Origin: Candidatus Brocadiia bacterium
Lineage (GTDB): Bacteria; Planctomycetota; Brocadiia; CAIUPP01
Length of the DNA stretch: 64,000 bases
Assembly: GCA_050015075.1 (NCBI GenBank)
Contig: JBEKCB010000018.1
Span: 20,461 to 84,460 of the forward strand
Direction: 5' to 3'
Positions within the stretch are counted from its first letter, which is position 1. Every line of letters begins with the position of its first letter. The notes beneath the pieces are model-generated. The model saw only the letters and a program-made list of their open reading frames with translations, was not told the origin of the DNA and searched no databases. The position numbers and the translations under genes are program-made. Of the stretch, positions 39,725 to 49,163 are shown piece after piece.

Positions 39725-40864
39725 ATGCCTCGCCCCACGATCGTGGAAATTGATCTCTCCGCCATCCGCGACAACCTGCGCGCGATACGGGCGCTGGTTG
39801 GGCCGGCGGTGGAGATCATCGGCATGGTCAAGGCCGACGCGTACGGCCATGGCGCGGCGGCGGTCGGCCGGACGCTGGCGGCGGAGGACGTGAAGCGGTT
39901 CGGCGTGGCGCTGGTCGAGGAAGGCGCGGCGCTGCGCGCAGCGGGGATCCCCGGAGAAGTGCTCGTCCTCGGCGCGCTGCTGCCGGAGGACGCGCCGGAG
40001 ATCGTCGAGAATGGGTTCGAGGCGGCGCTGAGCGACCTGGATTTCGCCCGCCGGCTGGACGAAGTTTCCCGCCGGCGGCACGGTCCGCCGGTCGGCGTCC
40101 ACGTGAAGCTCGATACCGGCATGGGCCGGTTTGGATTCCCGCTGAAGCGGGCGCTGGACGTCATCTGCGAACTGGCCGGCCTGCGCGGTCTGAGGCTGGT
40201 CGGCGCGATGACGCATTTTCCCTCGGCGGATGAAGCCGGGCCGCCGGGCCGCGGGAGCGACGGCGTGGAGTTCACGCGCGGGCAGATCGGCGCGTTCCTG
40301 AAAATCCGCGAGGCGGTCGCGGCGGCGGGAATCCGGCTGCCGCTCTGGCACGCGGCGAATTCGGCGGGCATCCTGCTGCATCCCGAGTCGCGCCTGGACG
40401 CGGTGCGGCCCGGGCTGGCGCTCTACGGCGGGTTCCCGGCGGCGCAGGTGCCGCCTCCGGCGAAGCTGCGCCAGGCGATGACGCTCAAGACACGGATCGT
40501 GCTCGTCCGCGAGTTCCCGGCCGGCGCGACGCTGGGCTACGGGCGGACCTTCCGGACCGCACGCGCCTCGCGCATCGCGGCGCTGCCGATCGGCTATGCG
40601 GACGGATTCAGCCGCGCGCACTCGAACAAGGGGCAGGCGCTGGTCCGCGGGCGGCGCGCGCCGATCGTCGGGCGGGTGTCCATGGACACGGTGCTGGTGG
40701 ACGTGACCGACGTGGCGGGCGCGCAAGCCGGCGACGAGGCGGTGCTCTACGGCCGGCAGGGCGCGGCGGAGATCTCCATCGTCGAAGCGGCCGAGACGCT
40801 CGGCACGATCCCCTACGAACTGATGACCTCGCTCACAGCCCGCGTGCCGAGGGTCTGGCGCTAA
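39725..40864 (+). CDS. alr: alanine racemase
   Basis: PLP site VKADAYGHG, and a C-terminal RVSMD. Confidence 0.85.
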   Translation: MPRPTIVEIDLSAIRDNLRAIRALVGPAVEIIGMVKADAYGHGAAAVGRTLAAEDVKRFGVALVEEGAALRAAGIPGEVLVLGALLPEDAPEIVENGFEAALSDLDFARRLDEVSRRRHGPPVGVHVKLDTGMGRFGFPLKRALDVICELAGLRGLRLVGAMTHFPSADEAGPPGRGSDGVEFTRGQIGAFLKIREAVAAAGIRLPLWHAANSAGILLHPESRLDAVRPGLALYGGFPAAQVPPPAKLRQAMTLKTRIVLVREFPAGATLGYGRTFRTARASRIAALPIGYADGFSRAHSNKGQALVRGRRAPIVGRVSMDTVLVDVTDVAGAQAGDEAVLYGRQGAAEISIVEAAETLGTIPYELMTSLTARVPRVWR

Positions 40865-40873
40865 ACGGTTCTA

Positions 40874-41047
40874 TTAACCACCAAGACACCAAGGCACCAA
40901 GGACGACGGCAGTTTTCGGAACCACAGATGAACACAGATGAGCACAGATACGAATTTCGTTTTGGCCCCATCTGTGTTTATCTGTGTTCATCTGTGGTTC
41001 CTAAATCCGTCATCGTCCTTGGTGCCTTGGCGTCTTGGTGGTTAAGT
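40874..41047. repeat. roughly 175-bp near-perfect nested palindrome (outer CACCAAGG-unit arms, inner CACAGATGA-unit arms) between the convergent alr and ugd genes
   Basis: ttaaccaccaagacaccaaggcaccaaggacgacgg..ggaaccacagatgaacacagatgagcacagat | atctgtgtttatctgtgttcatctgtggttcc..ccgtcatcgtccttggtgccttggcgtcttggtggttaa. Confidence 0.85.
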
Positions 41048-41049
41048 TC

Positions 41050-42408
41050 TCAGTCCGCCGCAGCCGCTCCGATCCGGTAGGCGTGGAAGCCGATCTTCGC
41101 CAGCGCGTCGTGGTCCAGGAAATTCCAGCCGTCGAAGAGGAAGGCGGGCTTCTCCATCGCGTCGAAGATGCGGCGGAAGTCCAGGTCGCGGTACTCCGGC
41201 CAGGCGGTCAGCAGCGCGATGGCATGCGCGCCGCGCGCGGCTTCGTAGGGGTCGGCGGTGAAACTGCACTCGGCGGCGGCTTTCAGGTCCTCCTGCGCGC
41301 TCTCGAGCGCGCGCGGGTCGCTGATCGCCAGCCGGGCGCGCTCGTCGAGCAGCAGCTTGCAGACCGCCAGCGCCGGCGAATCGCGCGTGTCGCTCGTGCC
41401 GGGCTTGAAAGCGAAGCCGAGGACGGCGATGCGTTTCCCGGCCAGCGTGTTGAACATCGTGTGGACCATCGTCTTGACGAAGCGCTCCTTCTGGTCTTCG
41501 TTCATCCGGAGCACCTCTTCCCAGTAGCGCGCCGCCTCGGGCAGGCCGTTGGATTCGCAGAGGTAGGCGAGGTGGAGGATGTCTTTGCGGAAGCAGGAGC
41601 CGCCGAAGCCCAGTCCGGCGCGGAGGAACTCGGCCCCGATGCGGTGGTCCATGCCGACGGCGCGGCTGACCTCGGCGATGTTGGCGCCGGTGCGCTCGCA
41701 GAGGGCGGCGACGGCGTTGATCGAGCTGACGCGCTGGGCGAGCATGGCGTTGGCGGCCAGCTTGGCCAGTTCACTCGACCAGAGGCCGGTGGTAAGGATG
41801 CGGTCGCGCGGGACCCAGTGCGCGTAGATGTCCACGAGGTCCTGCTGGGCCTGGCGCCCGGTCGGCGTCGAGTGGGCGCCGATCAGCACGCGGTCGGGGT
41901 GCTCCAGGTCGCTCAGCGCGCTGCCCTCGGCGAGGAACTCGGGGTTGGAGACGACCTCGAAATGGACGCGGCCGCCGCTGCCGGAGAGGATGGCCTCCAT
42001 CGCCTCGGCGGTGCGCACCGGCAGGGTGCTCTTCTCGACGACGATTTTCGGGCGCGTGCTGCGGCGGGCGATGAGGCGGGCGGTCTGTTCCCAGTACTGC
42101 AGGTCGGCGGCTCGGCCGGCTCCCTGGCCGAAGGTCTTCGTCGGCGTGTTGACGCTCACGAAGACGATGTCCGCGCGGTCAATGCGGTCCTCGACGTCGG
42201 TGTAGAAGAAGAGGTTGCGGCCGCGCGCGAGCCGGATCGTCTCGAGCAGCCCCGGCTCGAAGATCGGCAGCCGGTCGGTCTGCCAGGCCGCGATGCGCTC
42301 CGCGTTGATGTCCACGATCTCCACGCGGTGCTCGGGGCAGTGCTTGGCGATCACGGCCATCGTCGGGCCGCCGACGTATCCGGCGCCGATGCACAGGATA
42401 TTCTTCAT
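41050..42408 (-). CDS. ugd: UDP-glucose 6-dehydrogenase
   Basis: MKNILCIGAGYVGGPT, the catalytic GGSCFRKD, and a full UDPG_MGDP_dh architecture. Confidence 0.85.
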   Translation of the reverse strand: MKNILCIGAGYVGGPTMAVIAKHCPEHRVEIVDINAERIAAWQTDRLPIFEPGLLETIRLARGRNLFFYTDVEDRIDRADIVFVSVNTPTKTFGQGAGRAADLQYWEQTARLIARRSTRPKIVVEKSTLPVRTAEAMEAILSGSGGRVHFEVVSNPEFLAEGSALSDLEHPDRVLIGAHSTPTGRQAQQDLVDIYAHWVPRDRILTTGLWSSELAKLAANAMLAQRVSSINAVAALCERTGANIAEVSRAVGMDHRIGAEFLRAGLGFGGSCFRKDILHLAYLCESNGLPEAARYWEEVLRMNEDQKERFVKTMVHTMFNTLAGKRIAVLGFAFKPGTSDTRDSPALAVCKLLLDERARLAISDPRALESAQEDLKAAAECSFTADPYEAARGAHAIALLTAWPEYRDLDFRRIFDAMEKPAFLFDGWNFLDHDALAKIGFHAYRIGAAAAD

Positions 42409-42672
42409 GTCCACCTCGGCGATGAAGAAAGCGCGAGATTCCACCGGCCGCGCTAACACTATACCGGTCTCGCGCGCGCGGTTCAATCGGTCTCGCGTCA
42501 TTCTCCGGCGCGCGAGGGTTAATAGCGCGTCAAGTTATTGACACACGGCGCCTAACCCGATAAACTCCTCCCGCATGCGTTGAAAGGCTCCCGCGGCCGC
42601 GGGCTTCCGCCTTCTCCACCGGGGACAAGACGGTTTCTTCGCCTGCCGACGGGTTCATTGCGTGGAGGCCTG

Positions 42673-43434
42673 ATGATGCCGAGCCGGACGCTCCTGGGAC
42701 CAGGTCAACGGAAGCAGACCGCGACTCGGGCGCTGGTCCTCTTTTCCGGCTTTTTCGGCGACGTGTCCAACTGGGCTGCGACGGTCGAGCGCTTCCAGGA
42801 GCGGTACCGCGTCCTGCCGATGGCGTTCCAGCTCTACCGGCGCGACGCCCCCTATCACACCGTGGCCAGCCTGACGCGCACGGTGTGCGAGGAGATGGAC
42901 CGGCTGGGCCTGGCGCAGGCGGTGCTCTTCGGGAACTCGATGGGCGGGCAGATCGCCCTGAACGTGGCGCTCGAGCAGCCGCATCGCGTGGCCGGGCTGG
43001 TGCTCACCGGCTCGGCGGGGCTGATGGAGCGGAACCTGGCCGAGTACCCGCCGCTGGACCCGCCGCGAGAATACATCCGCGGCAAAGTCGAGCAGGTCTT
43101 CTTCGATCCGCGCCACGCGACCGACCAGATCGTGGACGAGGTCCAGAGCATCCTCCGCGACAACCGCAACAAGCTGCGGCTGGTGAAGCTGGCGCGGTCG
43201 GTGCGCGAGTTCAACCTGCACGACCGCCTGCCGGCGATCACCGCGCCGACGCTGCTGGTGTGGGGAAAGCAGGACTCGATCACGCCGGTGGAGGTAGGAG
43301 AGATCTTCGCCCAGCGCCTGCCCCAGGCGCGGATGTTCGTGCTCGACCGCTGCGGCCACGCGCCGAACATCGAGCAGCCCGACGAGCTCAACCGCCTGGC
43401 CGATGAGTTCCTGGCCGAGATCGGATATGTATGA
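42673..43434 (+). CDS. alpha/beta hydrolase fold protein
   Basis: Nucleophile elbow GNSMGG; a catalytic Asp and His (DRCGH) near the C-terminus. Confidence 0.7.
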   Translation: MMPSRTLLGPGQRKQTATRALVLFSGFFGDVSNWAATVERFQERYRVLPMAFQLYRRDAPYHTVASLTRTVCEEMDRLGLAQAVLFGNSMGGQIALNVALEQPHRVAGLVLTGSAGLMERNLAEYPPLDPPREYIRGKVEQVFFDPRHATDQIVDEVQSILRDNRNKLRLVKLARSVREFNLHDRLPAITAPTLLVWGKQDSITPVEVGEIFAQRLPQARMFVLDRCGHAPNIEQPDELNRLADEFLAEIGYV

Positions 43435-44996
43435 GAGGCGTGATCGGTAAGGTCTTCCGGGGCCTGTCCGGTCCTCGGATGCGGACCGTCGCGGAATGGC
43501 AGCGCGACCCGGCGCCGACCCAGAAAGCCCTGCTCGACCACCTCGTCGGAACCGCCGCGCGGACGCGCTTCGGCGCCGAACACCATTTTGAATCCATCGG
43601 GTCCATCGCCGATTACCAGGCGCGCGTGCCGCTGAGGACCTACGCGGACTTCAAGCCGTACTGGGACCGCGTGTTCGAGGGCGAACGCGACGTCACCTGG
43701 CGGGGCCACCCGCGGTATTTCGCCGTCACCTCCGGCACGACCTCGATCGCCGCCGCGGGGAACAAGTACATCCCGGTCTCCGACGAAGGCATCCACAGCC
43801 AGATGCGCGTGGGCCGCGATATCCTCAACTTCTACTTCAACCACACGCACGACACGGACCTCTTCCGCGGGCGGTTCATGTTTCTCGCCGGCAGCACGGA
43901 GCTGAAGCGCCATCCGCACGGCATACTCACCGGCGACCTCAGCGGCATCATGGCGCTCGAGACGCCGCTCTACACCGGTTTCCTGCGCCTGCCCACCGGG
44001 CGGACGGCGGCCATCGCGGACTGGGAGCAGAAGCTCGACGCAGTCGCGCGCGAGGCCCACGCGGCCGACGTGCGCGGCATCGGCGGCACGCCCTCGTGGC
44101 TGATCTGCGTTTTCGAGCGCGTCCTGGAGCTGCGCCGCAAGGCCGGCCGCCCGGCGCGCACGCTGGCCGACGTCTGGCCGCACCTGTCGCTCCTCGTCCA
44201 CGGCGGCGTGAACTTTAGCCCCTACCGCGCCGCGTTCGAGGCGCTCTTCGGCAAGCCGGTGACCACGCTCGAAGTCTATCCCGCCTCCGAGGGATTCATC
44301 GGCGTCGAGGACGTGCCCGGCACGCAGGACCTGCTGCTGATGATGGACTCGGGGCTGTTCTACGAATTCATCCCGGCCGCGGAGGTCGGCGGCGCACCGC
44401 CGGCGCGGCGGACGGTCGCCGACGTGGAGACCGGCGTGGACTACGCCATCGCGCTCAGCACGAACAGCGGGCTGTGGAGCTACCTCGTCGGCGACACGGT
44501 CCGGTTCACCTCGCTGCGCCCGCACCGCCTGCGCGTCACCGGGCGGACGCAGCAGTTCCTCAGCGCCTTCGGCGAGCACCTGGTCGTCGAGGACGTCGAG
44601 ATCGCGATGGCCGCCGCCTGCCGTGCCGCCGGCGCGCAGGTGCAGGACTTCCACGTCGTGCCGGTCTATCCCATCTCTGATCCAGCGGGCAAGCCGGCCG
44701 GGACGGACATGCGCCCGCAGCATCAATGGCTCGTGGAATTTATCCAGCCGCCGGCCGACGCGGAGAAGTTCGGCGCGGCCCTCGACGACGCGCTGCGGCG
44801 GCAGAACGAGGACTACGCCGCGCACCGGCAGGGCGACGCCGGCATGCGCCCGCCGGAGGTCGTGGCGCTTCCGCCGAAGACGTTCTACCGCGCGATGAAG
44901 GAGATCGGCCGCTTCGGCCCGCAGAACAAAGCGCCGCGCCTCCGCAACGACCGCGAATTCGCCGAAGTTCTGCTCCGGAACGCCCAGGCCAGTTAA
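43431..44996 (+). CDS. GH3 family (auxin-responsive-promoter-like) acyl-acid amido synthetase / adenylating enzyme
   Basis: 521 aa with GH3-family conservation (YFAVTSGTTS, a YASSE-like PASEGFIGVED). ATGA overlap with the upstream hydrolase gene. Confidence 0.7.
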   Translation: MRGVIGKVFRGLSGPRMRTVAEWQRDPAPTQKALLDHLVGTAARTRFGAEHHFESIGSIADYQARVPLRTYADFKPYWDRVFEGERDVTWRGHPRYFAVTSGTTSIAAAGNKYIPVSDEGIHSQMRVGRDILNFYFNHTHDTDLFRGRFMFLAGSTELKRHPHGILTGDLSGIMALETPLYTGFLRLPTGRTAAIADWEQKLDAVAREAHAADVRGIGGTPSWLICVFERVLELRRKAGRPARTLADVWPHLSLLVHGGVNFSPYRAAFEALFGKPVTTLEVYPASEGFIGVEDVPGTQDLLLMMDSGLFYEFIPAAEVGGAPPARRTVADVETGVDYAIALSTNSGLWSYLVGDTVRFTSLRPHRLRVTGRTQQFLSAFGEHLVVEDVEIAMAAACRAAGAQVQDFHVVPVYPISDPAGKPAGTDMRPQHQWLVEFIQPPADAEKFGAALDDALRRQNEDYAAHRQGDAGMRPPEVVALPPKTFYRAMKEIGRFGPQNKAPRLRNDREFAEVLLRNAQAS

Positions 44997-45008
44997 GGGG
45001 ATCAGGCC

Positions 45009-47057
45009 ATGGTGAACGATTCTCAGGCAGACGCCGGACCGCAAACGGAGATCGTCGTCGGGACGGAACTCGATCTGCGGATCCTGCTGTTTTTGATCAT
45101 ACCGTTTTCATTGATGGTGCCTGTCCAATTCCTGCTTGGAGGCATCACCGACACGGTTTACATATCACTCTTTGAGTTCGCCGTCGTGCTCTTCGTTTTT
45201 CTCGGCTGCCGATATGCAGAGTCCCGCCGCGTGCTCTTCGATCGCGAGGGAATGACTTTTCTTGCGCGCGGCATCGGCCGCCTGCGCGCGCCTCCTTTCC
45301 ATTTCCGCTGGGACGAAGTCGCTGAAATCCGGCCCGCGATGCTCGGGACGATGCGGCTCCGCCTCAACCGCCCGCGGAAATTCTGGACGTTCCGTTCGCA
45401 GCCGAAGAATTCGATCTGGGTTCCCAAACGCATCCGGACTGAGCCACAGTTCACCGAGGCGCTTCGCACTTTCGTGCCGGCTGAGCGAATCCGTGCGGAA
45501 CTGGTATTCGACGAACGCCTTTCATGGTCTGCCCGGTATGGGTGGATTCTGGCGCCGGTCATGCTCCTCTGCGCTGCGGCGGCCGCGGGGTGCGGCTCAG
45601 TCGCGTTCCGCAGCCTGGAGTTCATGGTATTTCTCGCGAGGTGCGGTCTTGGGCTGGTCATCCTGGCGTTGGTCATGCTCCTTCGCCGGTCCGCTGACCG
45701 CGCGCGGCCCGCGCTCGTGGTGGTCGCGGGACTCCTGTTCACATTCACGCTTCTGATGTCGTCCACGGCAATGGCGGCGTTGTTGCTGCCCCGGGGTCTG
45801 AAGCTGGCCACCGGTTACTGGGGCGCGCTGGCCGGCGCGCTGATCGGCTCGGCGATTATGGTGATACACGGCAGGAAGCGCGGCGGATGGCGCTATGCCG
45901 GCGCGACTTTTCTTCTGGCTGCGGCCGGGTTCTGGTGCGGCTGGGCCGGCTTTCACGGGGTCGCCGCAACATGTCTGGGCACCGGATGGTTTTACCGGAG
46001 TCCTTGGACACCCAACGGCGAGGCTTTCCTGTGGACAGGGGTCGCTCATTCCGGGTCGCCTGAAAGGCAGTTGACGGTGCGCTGGTATTCCTCCGACTTG
46101 AAACTGGAACACCGGGCCGTCCTGCCTGTCGATGCGTTCCTTATCGCGGTCGGCCAGGAAGCGGCGCTTTTTTACGCCAACCGCAAGGAGGGCTCGCAAC
46201 TCTGGTTCGTTCCCAGGCACGCGGAAGCGCGAGTCATTGATACGGCGACATATTTCGGATACAGGAACATGATATCCCCCGATTGTCGGCACGCACTCAT
46301 CGCCGATTGGGACAGACGAGGCAATATTCTCGCCTGGAAAATCTGCGACCTTGAGACCGGCGCGGTCGAGCCGGTCAACTTTCCCGTGCCGCTGAGCGAG
46401 ACCACCGTGATCGCGCTGCGCGACGACGGAACGGTCCTATGGCTATCCGGCTCCGGGCCGCTGGACAAAGAGAATCGCCCGTGGCCGCGCGCTAATCCCG
46501 TGCCGGAGAGCGGCGAATTCCCGCATCCCGGCAAGCCGTACGTCGTCTGGTCATGGAAGATCAATTCCGCCGACGCCCCGGCGCGGCTCCATGCCGCCAA
46601 AACGCAGTGGGTTCATTGGGAACGGTCCGCTGAGCCCGGGCGGCTTTGCGTCTTGCGCGTCGCCGAAAGTCCGCCCGCGCGGACCGAGTACGTCGCGCTG
46701 GATTTCTCGCAGTCGCCGCCTGCCGAGACAACGATTTCAGAGGAGGAGTTCGACAGGACGTGGAGGCAGCCGCAGGACAGGTGCTTCGACGGACGCTTCG
46801 CGTTCGAGCCCAAAGATGCAGGCAGGTTCGCTCCCGGCTGGATTGTGGACACGAAGACCGGCCGGAAATTCGGCATGGTGTCGCGGGCTACGGCGTATAA
46901 CGACGCGTCCCTTTGGTGGTCGCCGGGCGCGCACAAGTTCCTGATGGAAGTCCCGGAATTCGTGCTTGCGGGCGGCCGGTGGCACTGGCGCCACATGTCC
47001 GAGGAGATGTTCGACACCGTCTTCGTCGTCTACTTCGTGGACATGGACCGCCAATAA
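45009..47057 (+). CDS. membrane protein, tandem paralog 1 (N-terminal bPH-like domain, multi-TM core, large C-terminal domain)
   Basis: 682 aa, with conserved blocks shared by all three paralogs: DREGMT(F/L)L, FRWDEV, RLNRPRKFW, WKICDLETG, VVYFVDMDRQ. Confidence 0.65.
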   Translation: MVNDSQADAGPQTEIVVGTELDLRILLFLIIPFSLMVPVQFLLGGITDTVYISLFEFAVVLFVFLGCRYAESRRVLFDREGMTFLARGIGRLRAPPFHFRWDEVAEIRPAMLGTMRLRLNRPRKFWTFRSQPKNSIWVPKRIRTEPQFTEALRTFVPAERIRAELVFDERLSWSARYGWILAPVMLLCAAAAAGCGSVAFRSLEFMVFLARCGLGLVILALVMLLRRSADRARPALVVVAGLLFTFTLLMSSTAMAALLLPRGLKLATGYWGALAGALIGSAIMVIHGRKRGGWRYAGATFLLAAAGFWCGWAGFHGVAATCLGTGWFYRSPWTPNGEAFLWTGVAHSGSPERQLTVRWYSSDLKLEHRAVLPVDAFLIAVGQEAALFYANRKEGSQLWFVPRHAEARVIDTATYFGYRNMISPDCRHALIADWDRRGNILAWKICDLETGAVEPVNFPVPLSETTVIALRDDGTVLWLSGSGPLDKENRPWPRANPVPESGEFPHPGKPYVVWSWKINSADAPARLHAAKTQWVHWERSAEPGRLCVLRVAESPPARTEYVALDFSQSPPAETTISEEEFDRTWRQPQDRCFDGRFAFEPKDAGRFAPGWIVDTKTGRKFGMVSRATAYNDASLWWSPGAHKFLMEVPEFVLAGGRWHWRHMSEEMFDTVFVVYFVDMDRQ

Positions 47058-47101
47058 CGCCGCGGCATCGCAATTACCGCACCGGTTAAAGAGGTTGGGC
47101 C

Positions 47102-49126
47102 ATGGTGAATGGTTCAAGCGCAGACGCCGGACCTCAGACGGAGATCGCCGCCAGGACGCGACTCGATCTACGGAGCGTGCTGCCTTTTATCATAGCGTTT
47201 GCGTTGACGGTATCTGTCGATTTCCTGATTTTGGGCGTCCGCAGCGCGGTTTTCCTGTCGCTCATGGGCATCGCCGTCGCGTGTTGCTTTCTATTCGGCG
47301 TCCGATATGCAGAGCTGCGCCGTGCGCTCTTTGATCGCGAGGGAATGACGTTGCTTCCACGCGGCATCGGCCGCCTGAGCGCGCGTCCGCAGCATTTTCG
47401 CTGGGACGAGGTCGTCGAAGTCCGGCGGATGCCGTTCGGGACGATGCGGCTCCGCCTCAACCGCCCGCGGAAATTCTGGGCGTTCTTTTCGCAGTCGAAG
47501 AATTCAGTCGTGGTCCCCCAACGCATCTGGACGGAGCCGCGATTCGCCGAGGCGCTTCGCACCTTCGTGCCGGCTGAGCGCATCCATGCGGAACTGGCAT
47601 TCGACGAATGCCTTTCTTTCCCGGTGCGATACGCCTGGGTCCTGATGCTGGTGCTCTTCCTTTGCGCTGCGGCGGCCGCAGGGTGCAGCTTCGTCGCTTT
47701 CCGCAGCGCGGGTCTCCCGAGGTCAATCCTCGACCTGTTAATCCTGGCGGTGGCCATGGTCCTTTGCACGGATAGTGCGCGGCCCGCGTTCAGGGTGGTC
47801 GCGGGTTTCCTGTTTACATTCGTGTTTCTGGCGGCGTTCACCATAATTGTAGCGTTTTCGTTTCCCCACGCTCTGAAGCTGATCGCCGGTTACTGGGGCG
47901 CGCTGGCCGGCGCGCTGATCGGCGCGGCGGTCATGGTGATGAACGGCAGGAAGTCCCGCGCAGGATTCTGCGCCGGCGCGACTTTTCTTCTGGCCGCGGC
48001 CGGGTTCTGGTGCGGATGGGCCGGCTTTCCCCAGGTCGCCGGGATACGCCTGGGCGCAGGAGAGGTGGATTATCGCAGTGCCTGGACGCCCAACGGCGAC
48101 GGGTTCCTGTTGACGGAGGACGATTCTTCCGGGGCGGTCGGGCGGCCGAAGACGGTGTGCTGGTATTCATCCGATGCGAAACTGGAACGCCGGAGCGTCC
48201 TGCCCGCCGGTGCGAGCCTTCTCGCAGTCGGCCGGGAAGCGGCGTTCTTCAAGGCCGGCGAGTCGCACGATCAACTCTGGTTCGTGCCGAGACGCGCGGA
48301 GCCGCGAGTCATTAACGAGGCGCCCTACTTCATCAATGTCAGCACGTCGCCCGATGTTCGGCACGCACTCATGGCAGATCGGGACAGGCGAGGCAAAATC
48401 CTCGCCTGGAAAATCTGCGACCTTGATACCGGCAAGGTCGAGCCGGTCAACCTTCCCATGCCGGTGAGTGAGGTTGACTTGATTGCGCTCCACGACGACC
48501 TGACGGCTCTATGGCTGCGCGGCTCGCTGGCGATGGACAAAGGGAATCTCAAGGTGAGCCGCCACGTTCCGGTGCCCGAGAGCGGCGACTTCCAGGTTCC
48601 CGGCAAGCCGTACGTCGTCTGGTCGTGGAAGGTCAATTCCGCCGACTCGCCTGTGAAAGTCTGCGCCGCCAAAACGCAGTGGCTCGATTGGAGGCCCTCG
48701 GACGAGCCCGGGCGAATTCGCGTCTGCCGTGTCTCCGAAAACCCGCCCGCGCGGGTCGAGTACGTCGAGCTGGATTTCACGCAGTCGCTTCCTGCGGAGG
48801 CAACGATCTCCGAGGAGGAGTTCGTCACGACGTGGACGCCGCGGCCGGCCAGCTCCTTTGACGGACGGTTCGCGTTTGAGATCGGCGGTGGCAGATTCGC
48901 TCCCGCATGGATTGTGGACACGAAGGCCGGCAGGAAATTCGGCATGCAGTTGCAAGCAGTGATACTTGGCACGGTGCCTCTTTGGTGGTCGCCGAAGGCG
49001 CACAAGTGCTTGATGGAAATCCCGGAAGTGAAGCTGACGGGCGGGCGTTGGCACTGGCGCCGCGGTTCCGAGGGGATGTTCGATGCCGCCATGGTCGTCT
49101 ACTTCGTAGACATGGACCGTCAATAG
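47102..49126 (+). CDS. membrane protein, tandem paralog 2
   Basis: 674 aa, collinear with paralog 1 (estimated 55-65% identity), and the same C-terminus VVYFVDMDRQ. Confidence 0.65.
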   Translation: MVNGSSADAGPQTEIAARTRLDLRSVLPFIIAFALTVSVDFLILGVRSAVFLSLMGIAVACCFLFGVRYAELRRALFDREGMTLLPRGIGRLSARPQHFRWDEVVEVRRMPFGTMRLRLNRPRKFWAFFSQSKNSVVVPQRIWTEPRFAEALRTFVPAERIHAELAFDECLSFPVRYAWVLMLVLFLCAAAAAGCSFVAFRSAGLPRSILDLLILAVAMVLCTDSARPAFRVVAGFLFTFVFLAAFTIIVAFSFPHALKLIAGYWGALAGALIGAAVMVMNGRKSRAGFCAGATFLLAAAGFWCGWAGFPQVAGIRLGAGEVDYRSAWTPNGDGFLLTEDDSSGAVGRPKTVCWYSSDAKLERRSVLPAGASLLAVGREAAFFKAGESHDQLWFVPRRAEPRVINEAPYFINVSTSPDVRHALMADRDRRGKILAWKICDLDTGKVEPVNLPMPVSEVDLIALHDDLTALWLRGSLAMDKGNLKVSRHVPVPESGDFQVPGKPYVVWSWKVNSADSPVKVCAAKTQWLDWRPSDEPGRIRVCRVSENPPARVEYVELDFTQSLPAEATISEEEFVTTWTPRPASSFDGRFAFEIGGGRFAPAWIVDTKAGRKFGMQLQAVILGTVPLWWSPKAHKCLMEIPEVKLTGGRWHWRRGSEGMFDAAMVVYFVDMDRQ

Positions 49127-49163
49127 CGCCGCGGCATCGCAACGACCGCGCCGGCTAAAGGGG

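Noticed and set aside
42855-45044. A 729-aa minus-strand ORF, and the 17347-19596 and 36143-37828 minus-strand ORFs.
   Set aside because: These are antisense to the GH3 and hydrolase genes, the sigma54 regulator and hisD respectively. There is no domain signal and the composition is RG-rich. They are high-GC artefacts.
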